DNA of 64,000 bases, from positions 27,315 to 91,314 of IMG/VR virus record IMGVR_UViG_3300027906_000009. The stretch is one strand, 5' to 3'. The notes below the pieces were generated by a model that saw nothing but the letters and a program-made list of their open reading frames with translations, did not search any database and had not been told where the DNA came from. This stretch comes from a virus. Numbering within the stretch: the first letter of the stretch is position 1; every line of letters starts with the position of its first letter. Both the position numbers and the translations under genes were made by a program. Of the stretch, positions 8,024 to 18,125 are shown piece after piece.

Positions 8024-9208
8024 TCAAAGATCTATGCTCATTTTAATCATAAAATCTTTTTTTTCAACTTTTTTTATAGGATTTGCCAAAGAAACAACTG
8101 CTATCAAATTTTTGTTTTTATCATATATTCCTACTTTGGAAATATAGGTTTCTCCATCATATTCTTCTTCATACTCTTTATACAGTGATTTGTTTATTTT
8201 TTTTATATTCCTCCTTCTTTCTACATAATGAGAACCAGAAAAGGAATAATTTGATGATGATAGATATTCTAAATAAGTTGGGTTCAAAGAATAGTTCTCT
8301 TCGCTTTTTTCTGCGTATGCATACATTGTAAGAGAAGGTATTTTATTTACACCATTTGCGGTGATTGTATATGATGAAGAAGCAATATTTTTGTGAGCAA
8401 TGGCTGTACCCACCTGCCTCACTCCTGTCCCAAAATTATTCCAACTTGGAGAAGATAAGGAAGAATTAGAATAAAAATAATCAGTATAACTAGAATGCAA
8501 AGAAGAGCTAGAATGCAACATTATTATTCCCTGATTGTACAAAATAGTTCCCACTGTCTGGCCAGAAGTAGAACCAGAAGTCTGTATTAATCTACCATCC
8601 TTTTTTATATCAGCAGCCTCTGCTAGCAGCGCGCCTGTCAAGTGATATTTTAAATTAATAGTACCTCTCTCTAATTTAGAACCATATACAATACCGGGAA
8701 TACAAATTAAGTTCAGTTCAGATTGTTTAATTTGATCGTAATTATTGTGATAGTTAAAAGGTACCTGGGTTTTCAAGGGATTATTAAGAGCCACTATATA
8801 TTTTTTATTGGAATGGGGTAAGCCCAATGAGGAACTAAAAATGGGCCCGCTTGGTATATATATTCTAGACAAAGAAGAAGTTACAGGATAGGACTGGGTC
8901 ATCGTTGAGCCATATGCAAACATTGATAGGTCGTCGAACTGACTTGTACTAACGGTTCGATAAGCGTGACGCGTACTGGTCTTTTCTATAAAACCATGAA
9001 CCATTGAGCCTGATGGTCGATTTATATTTAATTCATGAAGGCTAACTTCTCCCTGAGATATATGCTTAATAGTATTAGAAAAATCACCTTGTAAATTTTT
9101 TTCTTCTTGATAATATACTGAACCGCTGTGAACTATATAATTAATCTCTGGTTTCGTCAAGACAGTATTATAAACTAGGTCTTTCTTTTCGAAACTTTTA
9201 AAAGACAT
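8024..9208 (-). CDS. Virion structural protein (baseplate/tail-collar-like C-terminus)
   Basis: C-terminal TYISKVGIYDKNKNLIAVVSLANPIKK. Paralogous to 9210-10655 (shared VG.I.Y.QG/AG and NYS.NPTYL). Confidence 0.65.
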   Translation of the reverse strand: MSFKSFEKKDLVYNTVLTKPEINYIVHSGSVYYQEEKNLQGDFSNTIKHISQGEVSLHELNINRPSGSMVHGFIEKTSTRHAYRTVSTSQFDDLSMFAYGSTMTQSYPVTSSLSRIYIPSGPIFSSSLGLPHSNKKYIVALNNPLKTQVPFNYHNNYDQIKQSELNLICIPGIVYGSKLERGTINLKYHLTGALLAEAADIKKDGRLIQTSGSTSGQTVGTILYNQGIIMLHSSSSLHSSYTDYFYSNSSLSSPSWNNFGTGVRQVGTAIAHKNIASSSYTITANGVNKIPSLTMYAYAEKSEENYSLNPTYLEYLSSSNYSFSGSHYVERRRNIKKINKSLYKEYEEEYDGETYISKVGIYDKNKNLIAVVSLANPIKKVEKKDFMIKMSIDL

Positions 9209-9209
9209 T

Positions 9210-10655
9210 TTAAAAGTCCAAGCGAACGCGGAGGGTCAATTCATTAGTTGGATCTTTTCTGAGGGGTTCTGACAACTTAGCAACGGCTAATAACTCATTA
9301 TCTGCTGAATATAGCCCAACTGTTGTGACATAGGATCTTGGGAGATTAAGAATCTCATTTGTGCCCGGATTAGTTTTAACCCTAATTTTACTTCCTGTTA
9401 AGTATGTTGGGTTGGAACTATAATTAAATTCTGCGTTGTTTGCTCTACAAAAATAAATTGTAGAATTCAATTCAGTTGTGTTGTTAAAAGATATATTTTG
9501 GACCCTTCTCCTTATTCCATCTGCAAAGTTATCAATAGTTGCTTTCTTTAAAACATCGGAAGCAGAAGATGTAGCATTATTCATTATTTGTGCTGCACTT
9601 GGAAAAACTGATGGGTTCAATACTGCGACTCCGGCTTGATAGTAGATCAAACCAACACTTCCAGCGTCAACGCCGCCTATAAATGCTCCATCTGCATCAT
9701 TGGCTCCGCCATTGATACTCATACCTGAGAGTCCATTAGCGATCGCGGTGTTACCGGCGGCACCGGAGTGTTTCTGGGTGATTGTCATCTCGTATGGGCC
9801 CGAGGATCCTCCGGGTCGAGTCACAGCGCTGACTGTTACCAAGTCTTTAATAGTGGCATTTGCTTCTATTCTAGCCTTCAAGTTCGACAGGCCTGCGTCA
9901 GTGCCTCCGCGGGCGAAAGTATTACCAGTATTGGAGGAGTTGTGAGTAGTGAAGACCTCGGCTGCTTGCAGCGTCCCATCTGCTTTGAGTACAATGAAAG
10001 AAATTGTCTGGCCGGCGCCTGAGTCATTTTGAGAAGATAATGTTGCCGACGCGGCCTGAGCGGTGGCTTTTAAAATGCCATATTCGCCGGCAGGGGAGTT
10101 AATTTTATATGAATTAACTGCGTCTGAGTCTGAAATAGTAGAGATTGAATTGAAAGGAGATGCATAAGTTGTGTTCGTTCCAACTTTCATAGAAAAGCTA
10201 CCCTTTTTAATCTCATCTTTTACAAGCAGTCTTGAAAAATTTAAAAATATAACATCATCATGTTTAGTGCCGCCTGTACCAGAAAAGTCTCCATCAGCGT
10301 CAAATCTTCTAATTTTAGAATCAGTATCAAAACCGACTAAAACTTGCGCCATTTGATTATATATATTTACTTTTTTTGATACTTGAGAATTTGCTGAGCT
10401 AGAAACAGATGCTGCATTTGTACTGAATCCTGCTGAAATATCAAAAATATGGTTTGCGGAAGAGCTTTGGTATGGGTAATCATATACTGACTGGAACATT
10501 CCATGAGAAAAACTTTTTATATTGATCTCTCTGCCGGATGATGCTGCTGCATATGTTCCTGCTAGTAACGTTCCTGTAATTGGTATGCTTTCATGCAAAA
10601 GCGTTCTTGATGTTGTTTTGTCTCTTTGTGTTAGTGGTTTAAACGAAACTGCCAT
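9210..10655 (-). CDS. Virion structural protein (baseplate/tail-collar-like C-terminus) carrying an inserted module
   Basis: C-terminal YVTTVGLYSADNELLAVAKLSEPLRKD, FNYSSNPTY, AGGAG SD. Inserted module at 9672-10067. Confidence 0.7.
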   Translation of the reverse strand: MAVSFKPLTQRDKTTSRTLLHESIPITGTLLAGTYAAASSGREINIKSFSHGMFQSVYDYPYQSSSANHIFDISAGFSTNAASVSSSANSQVSKKVNIYNQMAQVLVGFDTDSKIRRFDADGDFSGTGGTKHDDVIFLNFSRLLVKDEIKKGSFSMKVGTNTTYASPFNSISTISDSDAVNSYKINSPAGEYGILKATAQAASATLSSQNDSGAGQTISFIVLKADGTLQAAEVFTTHNSSNTGNTFARGGTDAGLSNLKARIEANATIKDLVTVSAVTRPGGSSGPYEMTITQKHSGAAGNTAIANGLSGMSINGGANDADGAFIGGVDAGSVGLIYYQAGVAVLNPSVFPSAAQIMNNATSSASDVLKKATIDNFADGIRRRVQNISFNNTTELNSTIYFCRANNAEFNYSSNPTYLTGSKIRVKTNPGTNEILNLPRSYVTTVGLYSADNELLAVAKLSEPLRKDPTNELTLRVRLDF

Positions 10656-10680
10656 TTTTTTCTCCTAAAATTAACTATTA

Positions 10681-11703
10681 TTACGTTGAAAAGGTTTTGC
10701 CCTTTATTATTCTTATTGGTATATCTACAGAATTTCCGGTTGTAGCACCAGTGACTGTGATATTCGTGTCTATGTATTTATAAGTTGCCAGTTTGGCGCC
10801 GCGGAAGCTTAAATTGACCCCAGATGATCCGAATTCATCAAAAAGACTATCTCCCTGGTGTATCAAATCTGAAACCCTTGGCGTAACTCTTAGTATACTG
10901 CCGAGAGGACCGTCAAACATCTCCCGTGATTTGAATTTCTTTATTGCATCAGGCTCAGCGCCTGATGTTATTTTATGACGCATTCTACCTTTTATGTTTT
11001 CTCTTGTTCCGACAATGGCGGATGACTGTTGTGAATCTACAATATAATATGTAGCTATTGAATCGTCATCGATAAATTGCTCTGTCATGGTAATTACGGA
11101 ATCCGTAGCGTTTTTGCCTCCAATAAATCCCTGTAGTCTCAACAATCTATGATCCATTTTCACTATGTAGGATGTTTCCAGAAGGGATCCATCTATGTCT
11201 TGAGTTATAGACATTCCATTTTCGCTCGAATCGATTCCCTGGTCGACGCATATATGTGTGGTTTCCGAAGAGAACTCTCCCGGTAGGCCGTGGAGAAAGC
11301 CTGTTGCCGCGGTTGTTGTTGCATTATTGTCCACTTCAAAGGTCTTTGAGTCTGCAAGCAGATAATATCCACCAGTAGCCGCAATTGGCTTACAATCATC
11401 ATAAGTATTATTGATCTTCAATATTGGCATAAACAAAACATTGTCCGCGGACAATGTTAGCAATCTAGATTTCATAATCGACTGGTCGCTGGTAAAAGCC
11501 TCTAATACTGGGGATTGTAAAATTTCCAGGTCATAAAAGGCACTGCCTCTTGCATCAGATGAATTCCACAGTTCGTAGTTTATCTCTTCATCACCTAACG
11601 CGAATTTTGCAATATTAAATTTACCCGATGCAAGTCTCTTTCTGCCTAAATCTGTTAAGACAGCGTCCAGAATAATATCGCCCGAGTTGTCTAAAAATGC
11701 CAT
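10681..11703 (-). CDS. Virion structural protein (baseplate wedge/tail-collar-like N-terminus)
   Basis: N-terminal ILDAVLTDLGRKRLA...IAKFALGDEEINY resembles the LT..G...LA...A.GD start of phage tail-collar domains. AAGGAG SD. Confidence 0.65.
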   Translation of the reverse strand: MAFLDNSGDIILDAVLTDLGRKRLASGKFNIAKFALGDEEINYELWNSSDARGSAFYDLEILQSPVLEAFTSDQSIMKSRLLTLSADNVLFMPILKINNTYDDCKPIAATGGYYLLADSKTFEVDNNATTTAATGFLHGLPGEFSSETTHICVDQGIDSSENGMSITQDIDGSLLETSYIVKMDHRLLRLQGFIGGKNATDSVITMTEQFIDDDSIATYYIVDSQQSSAIVGTRENIKGRMRHKITSGAEPDAIKKFKSREMFDGPLGSILRVTPRVSDLIHQGDSLFDEFGSSGVNLSFRGAKLATYKYIDTNITVTGATTGNSVDIPIRIIKGKTFST

Positions 11704-11793
11704 TATAATACTCCTTTTAAATACAAAATCATTAGTAATTAGTATTTTATATGTAATAATTCTTTTTTATTTGCGTCTCATTTCCTATATTTT

Positions 11794-14700
11794 TTAATAT
11801 TCCCCAGGATGTCCAGGACCGAATGGTGGCTTCTTACGTTTGCCCGCGCGTCCAGAGGGAGTTTGTTGTTTTTCGCCTTGTCCAGTTCCACCAACGCCGG
11901 AATATATTTTACTTGGAATTCTACCCTGGCCAGAGCCACCAGGGCCGGCGCCGAAGGGCATTTGTCGGTTTCCTTGACCAGAGCCACCAGGGCCTGCGCC
12001 GAAGGGCATTTGTCGGCTTCCTTGACCAGAGCCACCAGGGCCTGCGCCGAAGGGCATTTGTCGGCTTCCTTGACCAGAGCCACCAGGGCCTGCGCCTGGT
12101 GGTGAACCACCCTGATCTTGGGGAATTTCCCCCATTGCTACGCCGAGCCAATATAAGTTACCTAACAGAATATTCGTGTTGTCGCCAAATACGCCCTGCC
12201 TGAATAATGATAGCTGTCTCATAATATTTTCTTTCTCTATTTTTTTATTAACACACGAGTTTACAAACTCCGTTACTATTAAATCATCCCACAGACTACG
12301 TGTAAGATCGCGATAGCCCGCAAATAAGCCAGGATTATTTCTAAGATTAATATGAGAATAGGAGGTTCTGATATCCATTGATTCACCTGTTTCTGTTGAC
12401 GTTACCCTAAATACAAAATCCCTATTCCAAACTGAATCTTCTTGATTAGCCGAGCCCAAAGAAACCCCATCGGTACCCCTAGAGGTTTCAGTCAGACCCT
12501 CTGGGTCGTCTTCGTTTGGATACTCTGAAGATGCACTTAAGTCTATGTAAGTTTGAATATCTGCCAAGTCCACTTCTAAATATCTATCAAATTCTAGACT
12601 ATCTTCTTCAATATTAGGAAAGTTATATATGTCTAACTCCCAATAACCATCTGTGTCTATCATAACCTTCACAACTTTTGATGGATTTGATATACCTGCA
12701 TAATCTCGAGTACGGAATGTCAAATAATATGTTTTATTTTTTCTAAAATACACTGAGAAGTAGGGATACCGCGCAGTTGTCTCCTCGAATCTGCCTTGTG
12801 AAAAGTCTTCATAATCCTGTGGAGGTTCAGATAAAACCAACATCTGATAGTGAGTTGGGTTTGAATCTGAACCATATTGTATATCAGTTTCACCTTCTTC
12901 GATATTTTGCACTCTCGTCATTCTTTCAATTATCTGCCTATCGCCCTCTATAATGGAAATTGGTGTCTCGGTGTATCTGCCGTGATTTTGATCAAAAACT
13001 ATTAAAGACTGCACAAGGTCAATTCCGACATCTCCTCTATAAAATTTTACCTCTGGTGATAATGGAGGGAGATCTGCGACCAAAACATCTTGCGAGAAAT
13101 AAGGTGCTTCGATAATTGAAAAATATGTATTTGTTACGACGGGAATTTTAAGTGAAAAACTCGGGCCATGGACCACATTGTTACCTTCGTCATCGATTGA
13201 GCCCACTGGGTTGCGGACTGTTCCAAGCTTATAGCCCAAATCTCTAGTATACTTATATTTTGACCCTACAACAAAATTTATAGTATATATATTATAAGTG
13301 TATTCTTGACCATATAATATTTGAGTATCTAAAAACTCAAACTGTGACATACCCGGATCATTAAAGAAATAAAATTGTTGTATTACCTCATTAGTTGCTT
13401 TGTTAATTTTCTCTATACGATAAGCCATTACTTCTGAATATGAAAGATTTCCTTTCAAAATCCTATCAAATGTCCTAGTTTTATCTGCTATGAAAGTTAA
13501 CAATTGTTCTCCAAAATCAGCGAGGTTGGAAACCATATTAGCTTTCCAAACACCGCGGGAATCTGGGTTTAAAAAAGTGGCTGTACCGGGGTCCGTTGAA
13601 AAACCTAATGGATAATCATCCGGGTCCATAGCTTCTGCCAAGGATCTAGAATTAAGTGTACCCTCAGTCGAAGTTAAATAAGCTTCAATAAGATTTAATA
13701 TATCTTCCTGTGCGCGGGGTTTGTAATATTTTGATACTTTCTCTCCAGTATTTATATTGGGATAAATAGGAAAATCCACTTTTGTTTCTAGGATTTGTGC
13801 GTAAACCTTTTCCGTTGATATGCTCTCTGGATCCAAAATTCCTATCATCAGAGAGTCTAAATCATGATCTCTCAATAATTTAGTTATCTCCCCCTTATCT
13901 TGATCCGGTGTTGGGAAGGCAATTCTGGTATGGATCTGCGCTAGTGGTTGTGCTATATTAAAAAAGCTTGCAAAATCTGTGTTGGCTGCCGGGTCCATCG
14001 CGGACTCATTTATATTTAACATTTTCACTGTTTCTTCTGCCGGAAACTTTTGCACCATTTCGTCTTCAGCACAAGGAAATGGGACACTGTCAGTCCCTTC
14101 ACCATGTCCATATTCATAAGAAAATCTCCTATAAATACTTTGCTTTGTTAGTTCTGGCGGAATGGCCATTTCTGGTCTTCTTGATGCATAATCATATTCT
14201 CCTCCTAGCCAGGTAGGAACTTCATCTTCATATATGAGTTGATTTGGTATCCTAACTTGTATATCTACCAAGTGTGGGAAAACTTCAGATCTTTGATCTG
14301 CTTCTTGTGCAAAATAAGCAGCAGGTGCTTTGAAGGAATTATCACTAAATTGTCTCTGTTTATCTGGCACCATACTCTCCATGAGTGCTCTTGCGTCGTC
14401 AGAATCGAAGTTTGCTATTTGAGAAATAACTGTATGGTCCAAATTCAATGAAACGAGTTCTCTATTTCTTATATTTATCTGACTCGCTATTGGATTAGGA
14501 TCGTCCGGATCTTGTATTAAAGCTTCGGGACCGTTATTTTCAGTATTATTAATATGAAAGGGTACCCCCATTATCATTTCTGCAGATTCAAAGCCTAAAT
14601 ATTGATTAAAGTTACCTGAAGCCTCATAGAATTCACTGTAAACTCTCCCTGTGCAAAACCGAAATTCGTCTACTAAATCATCCGATAACAATCGTAGATC

Positions 14701-15018
14701 CGATGCTTGGCTTCCCTGTAGTGCCTGGGATGCGTCGTTAACGGCAAAAATTGGACTTCGAGGTAACCAGGTGAATATGTATGGCGCATAATAAAACTGC
14801 CTAGGGACTATAATGGAATATCTATAGTTTGGAGGCTCTGGAATATCATTTTGCGCAGATGGAAATTGTGGTAAGGTACTTGAAAGATCGTAATCTCTAG
14901 CTGGACCTGGCGGGTCCGAGGAGGGGGAGGGGGATGATCCGTCACCCGAGGAGGCCCCGGGGGTACTAGAACCTTCTTCAATTTCTAACTCTCGACACGG
15001 GTCTTCAAATTCTGACAT
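11794..15018 (-). CDS. Large acidic virion protein, 1074 aa, with FN3-like segments and a Gly/Pro-rich tail
   Basis: FLDTQILYGQEYTYNIY and KTYYLTFRTRDYAGISNPS resemble FN3/Ig strands. Located in the structural block. Confidence 0.6.
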   Translation of the reverse strand: MSEFEDPCRELEIEEGSSTPGASSGDGSSPSPSSDPPGPARDYDLSSTLPQFPSAQNDIPEPPNYRYSIIVPRQFYYAPYIFTWLPRSPIFAVNDASQALQGSQASDLRLLSDDLVDEFRFCTGRVYSEFYEASGNFNQYLGFESAEMIMGVPFHINNTENNGPEALIQDPDDPNPIASQINIRNRELVSLNLDHTVISQIANFDSDDARALMESMVPDKQRQFSDNSFKAPAAYFAQEADQRSEVFPHLVDIQVRIPNQLIYEDEVPTWLGGEYDYASRRPEMAIPPELTKQSIYRRFSYEYGHGEGTDSVPFPCAEDEMVQKFPAEETVKMLNINESAMDPAANTDFASFFNIAQPLAQIHTRIAFPTPDQDKGEITKLLRDHDLDSLMIGILDPESISTEKVYAQILETKVDFPIYPNINTGEKVSKYYKPRAQEDILNLIEAYLTSTEGTLNSRSLAEAMDPDDYPLGFSTDPGTATFLNPDSRGVWKANMVSNLADFGEQLLTFIADKTRTFDRILKGNLSYSEVMAYRIEKINKATNEVIQQFYFFNDPGMSQFEFLDTQILYGQEYTYNIYTINFVVGSKYKYTRDLGYKLGTVRNPVGSIDDEGNNVVHGPSFSLKIPVVTNTYFSIIEAPYFSQDVLVADLPPLSPEVKFYRGDVGIDLVQSLIVFDQNHGRYTETPISIIEGDRQIIERMTRVQNIEEGETDIQYGSDSNPTHYQMLVLSEPPQDYEDFSQGRFEETTARYPYFSVYFRKNKTYYLTFRTRDYAGISNPSKVVKVMIDTDGYWELDIYNFPNIEEDSLEFDRYLEVDLADIQTYIDLSASSEYPNEDDPEGLTETSRGTDGVSLGSANQEDSVWNRDFVFRVTSTETGESMDIRTSYSHINLRNNPGLFAGYRDLTRSLWDDLIVTEFVNSCVNKKIEKENIMRQLSLFRQGVFGDNTNILLGNLYWLGVAMGEIPQDQGGSPPGAGPGGSGQGSRQMPFGAGPGGSGQGSRQMPFGAGPGGSGQGNRQMPFGAGPGGSGQGRIPSKIYSGVGGTGQGEKQQTPSGRAGKRKKPPFGPGHPGEY
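11924..12096. repeat. 48-bp in-frame tandem repeat, 3.6 copies, encoding GAGPGGSGQGSRQMPF
   Basis: Units start at 11924, 11972, 12020 and 12068 (ccttgaccagagccaccagggcctgcgccgaagggcatttgtcggctt) and are nearly identical. Confidence 0.95.
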
Positions 15019-15023
15019 TTTCT

Positions 15024-18000
15024 TTATATCTCCAAAAATATTGAGTTGTTTACTGCTATGGCCTGACCCTCGTCAACCATGGGATCAAGTTTTACAAAAA
15101 TAATACCAGGGGATAACATAGGTTGGTTTTCTATCTCTATATCACTAATATCAATTGGCTGCGGGTCTAAACCCGGAGTATAAATTTTAAGCTGTCTGCC
15201 ATGGTCCTCAAATGGATTATTTTCCAGCGACACGCCTGGGCGAGGTTGGTCAAATATTTTTTTTGTTTTTCCTTCATTCAAAAAATTAGTCTTATAGCTT
15301 TTATTATTGATAATATCATCAGATAATACCCTGTAATTGCTAAACATCTTTAATAACATATCATAAATGCTTGATACCTTTTCTTTTGTTAGGGATAAAT
15401 CTTTATAACTTTTTTCAACTTCGTCTAAGAAAAAGTTCTTTTTGTCCCCCCTATACGCGGCTCTACAGATTGCTTCTCTGAAGCCGGCTGATGTGTCAGG
15501 TAATATAAAGTTAAAAAGCTCATTGTCTCGAAAGTTTGGCAAATTAGAAAACAATTCTGTCCCCCCTTTGGATAATCCGAATGATATGCCTTTATAAAAT
15601 TTCTTAAGAGCAGAAGAATAAAAACTAAACTCTGGCTTTTCCGAGAAACCCAGATCTCTAAGAGAAGGATCCTGAAGTAAAATTATTTTCTTGTCAATTT
15701 GAGATTTCTTTTCTTTTTTTGCAGATCGATATTCTTCTGAACTAATAACAGTCTTTACCGACCCATGTGTTTTGTTATCTGGGTGGATATGTTTTGTACT
15801 CTTTCCTCGCGAGGAGGCAGATTTCTGATTGTTGGTGCTTTCTTTTGAAAGTTTCTTTTCCTTTGTATCATTTCTCGTTTTTTTAACTAAACAAAATCTA
15901 TATGGAGAGACCATAGTGGATCCTGATTTCGTTTTTTTTAAAAATTTCGTAGTGTCCCTTTTTGTCAACTCTTTTTTATAATTTTCAAATTTTTTAGATG
16001 GCTGATAGTTTGTCTCCTCTTTTGAGAAGTCTGCTAATAAAGAGGTTGGTTTAAAGGATTCTATAACTATGCCCGTTTTAGTACTTACAGATATTATTTT
16101 AGCAGGGTATCGGGAGGACATACTAGGAATTGTATATTCAGTATTTGCAATACCATAATCTATAATTTTTTCCTCTCCTGAGAGGATGACATTTTTTAAA
16201 GATTTATAAGAGTTATCCAGTATAATCAACAACTCCCTTAGTCTATTTATTTTTATAAATGACAAATTAAACGCAGATTGTAAATTTACAGTGCTTTCCG
16301 CTACTAAGTCTTGCCTTGTCTTTCCAGATAATAATGATTGTGTATTATATAAATAATTAATTGCTTGGGTTACTATACTTTGGTTACTTGCGTCTTCTAG
16401 AAAAGAAGAAGTGAATTGTTGCTTGTTATAATTGTAACTTCCAGAATGGCCATCAAGGGACAAGACATTATGTGGTACAGATGCTTTATTTATAAATGAT
16501 TCAAACTGTTTTAAAAATTCCTTTAATTGTTTGGTTTCTTGTTCTAAAACCATACTTATTCCATCACAAACTTCTAGTTCAATTTTGTAGGTATATTTTC
16601 CTGTATCAATATTATTAAATATGTCGTAATCTCTTATAATAAATTGTCTGGAATGTGGACTTCCAGGTACAAAAATATAGGTATTTTTTTTTGTTCTATT
16701 TAGAGTATGAATTCGCGATTCGAAAATAGAGCCGCGGTTGTTTCTTGTTTTATATAGATTATCTTTTAACATATCATCTGTTATTAAAAAAGCCGGTTTC
16801 TTAGTATTTTTTTTATCGCTGGATGATATAATTTCAAAACTTGGCTCATTCTTGTCGTATTCTACGTATTTTAAAGAAGATTGTTTATTAGGTTGAGATG
16901 CTTTATTTTCTAATCTTTTTCTAAAAACTCTTAGATTTAAAATGTTGCTATAATATAACATTTTTCTTATCATCTGTTGATTATCATACTTTTCATATAG
17001 AGAAATTAAAAATCCAAATCTCGAAAAATATTTTGCTAATCTTTTAAAGTTTACACTTGCGATGAACCCATAGTGGCTATCACTCAGGGCGCCCGATTCA
17101 GAAGAGGGATCATAGACCATATTTATATGAGAAGTTAGGTTTGTGCCATAGTCCAGTATATTAATATTATTAACTGACTCTATATTTTTATATTTTTCGA
17201 ATGATTTTTCTGCATCTCTCAATGTGTTTGACATATCGAAGAAAGAGTGTATCTGTTGTGTTATTTCTTGATCATAACTGGGGTCGAAACCGTCTAAAGA
17301 AAACGCCATGTTTGGGTTTTGTCTTTGTTTCGTAGAAGTAGCGGCGAGAGGAAGATCTGATGTTATCTTATAATTTAATACTTCTCTAACTTCTAGCTTT
17401 TCACCCATCAGTCCTTTTTCGTGGCCGGCCATCCAACCAATATAGCCATTGGGGCCAGGGTTTGTTTCTCCGTGATAGTGTGCTGCTCCGTAATATGGCT
17501 GCAAGTGATTTGACTTTCCAGGGTTCGTTATATAAAAAACATCTCTAAATTCAGGGACCCTCAATATGCCGGTTTGGGTTTTAGATAATAAGAGATCATA
17601 CGACGCGCTGGTTCCGAAACTAATTTTTGTTGATTTTAGTGAATCATCAATCTCATTATTGATGAAGCACAATAGATGCAATTTTTCTAAATTTCTATTT
17701 TCTTGGATCTTGGAGATCCTATTGTGACTTATGCTGGTTTCATACATTATCTCAAAGTTATTCCTACCTTGTATATCTGATTGGTTAAATTCTATAGAAT
17801 TATGATTTTGTAAAACTTCAGTCATTGGTATCTTTGTATATATTATATTTCCTTTATCTTTTCTATTAATGGAGTCCCACTTATTTAACAGACCCAATCT
17901 TGTATGTGCATTTAGAAATTGTGGTAAATATTTTTCTGCTTCAGAATCCACAAGTACCATATATAAAAAAGATTTATCCACAAAAGAACTTTGAGAAAAA

Positions 18001-18125
18001 GAATTAAATGATATTTGATCCCCCTGGTTATATAATAAAATTGTAATGTCAACTTTATTAGTGTCTGACGAGACATGTACTCTTTTAGTTTGTACAGCCG
18101 GGAAAAGATTAGAGTTGTATTTCAT
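15024..18125 (-). CDS. Large Lys-rich hypothetical virion protein, 1033 aa
   Basis: Intact ORF coupled by ATGA to the upstream gene. Has a GKYTYKIELEV beta-strand and a YYGAAHYH...WMAGH motif. Confidence 0.6.
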   Translation of the reverse strand: MKYNSNLFPAVQTKRVHVSSDTNKVDITILLYNQGDQISFNSFSQSSFVDKSFLYMVLVDSEAEKYLPQFLNAHTRLGLLNKWDSINRKDKGNIIYTKIPMTEVLQNHNSIEFNQSDIQGRNNFEIMYETSISHNRISKIQENRNLEKLHLLCFINNEIDDSLKSTKISFGTSASYDLLLSKTQTGILRVPEFRDVFYITNPGKSNHLQPYYGAAHYHGETNPGPNGYIGWMAGHEKGLMGEKLEVREVLNYKITSDLPLAATSTKQRQNPNMAFSLDGFDPSYDQEITQQIHSFFDMSNTLRDAEKSFEKYKNIESVNNINILDYGTNLTSHINMVYDPSSESGALSDSHYGFIASVNFKRLAKYFSRFGFLISLYEKYDNQQMIRKMLYYSNILNLRVFRKRLENKASQPNKQSSLKYVEYDKNEPSFEIISSSDKKNTKKPAFLITDDMLKDNLYKTRNNRGSIFESRIHTLNRTKKNTYIFVPGSPHSRQFIIRDYDIFNNIDTGKYTYKIELEVCDGISMVLEQETKQLKEFLKQFESFINKASVPHNVLSLDGHSGSYNYNKQQFTSSFLEDASNQSIVTQAINYLYNTQSLLSGKTRQDLVAESTVNLQSAFNLSFIKINRLRELLIILDNSYKSLKNVILSGEEKIIDYGIANTEYTIPSMSSRYPAKIISVSTKTGIVIESFKPTSLLADFSKEETNYQPSKKFENYKKELTKRDTTKFLKKTKSGSTMVSPYRFCLVKKTRNDTKEKKLSKESTNNQKSASSRGKSTKHIHPDNKTHGSVKTVISSEEYRSAKKEKKSQIDKKIILLQDPSLRDLGFSEKPEFSFYSSALKKFYKGISFGLSKGGTELFSNLPNFRDNELFNFILPDTSAGFREAICRAAYRGDKKNFFLDEVEKSYKDLSLTKEKVSSIYDMLLKMFSNYRVLSDDIINNKSYKTNFLNEGKTKKIFDQPRPGVSLENNPFEDHGRQLKIYTPGLDPQPIDISDIEIENQPMLSPGIIFVKLDPMVDEGQAIAVNNSIFLEI

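Noticed and set aside
11924-12096. 48-bp repeat as a CRISPR array, and the alternative-frame ORFs across 11778-12203
   Set aside because: The units are contiguous with no unique spacers and are in frame within a CDS. The extra ORFs are by-products of a stop-free GC-rich repeat.
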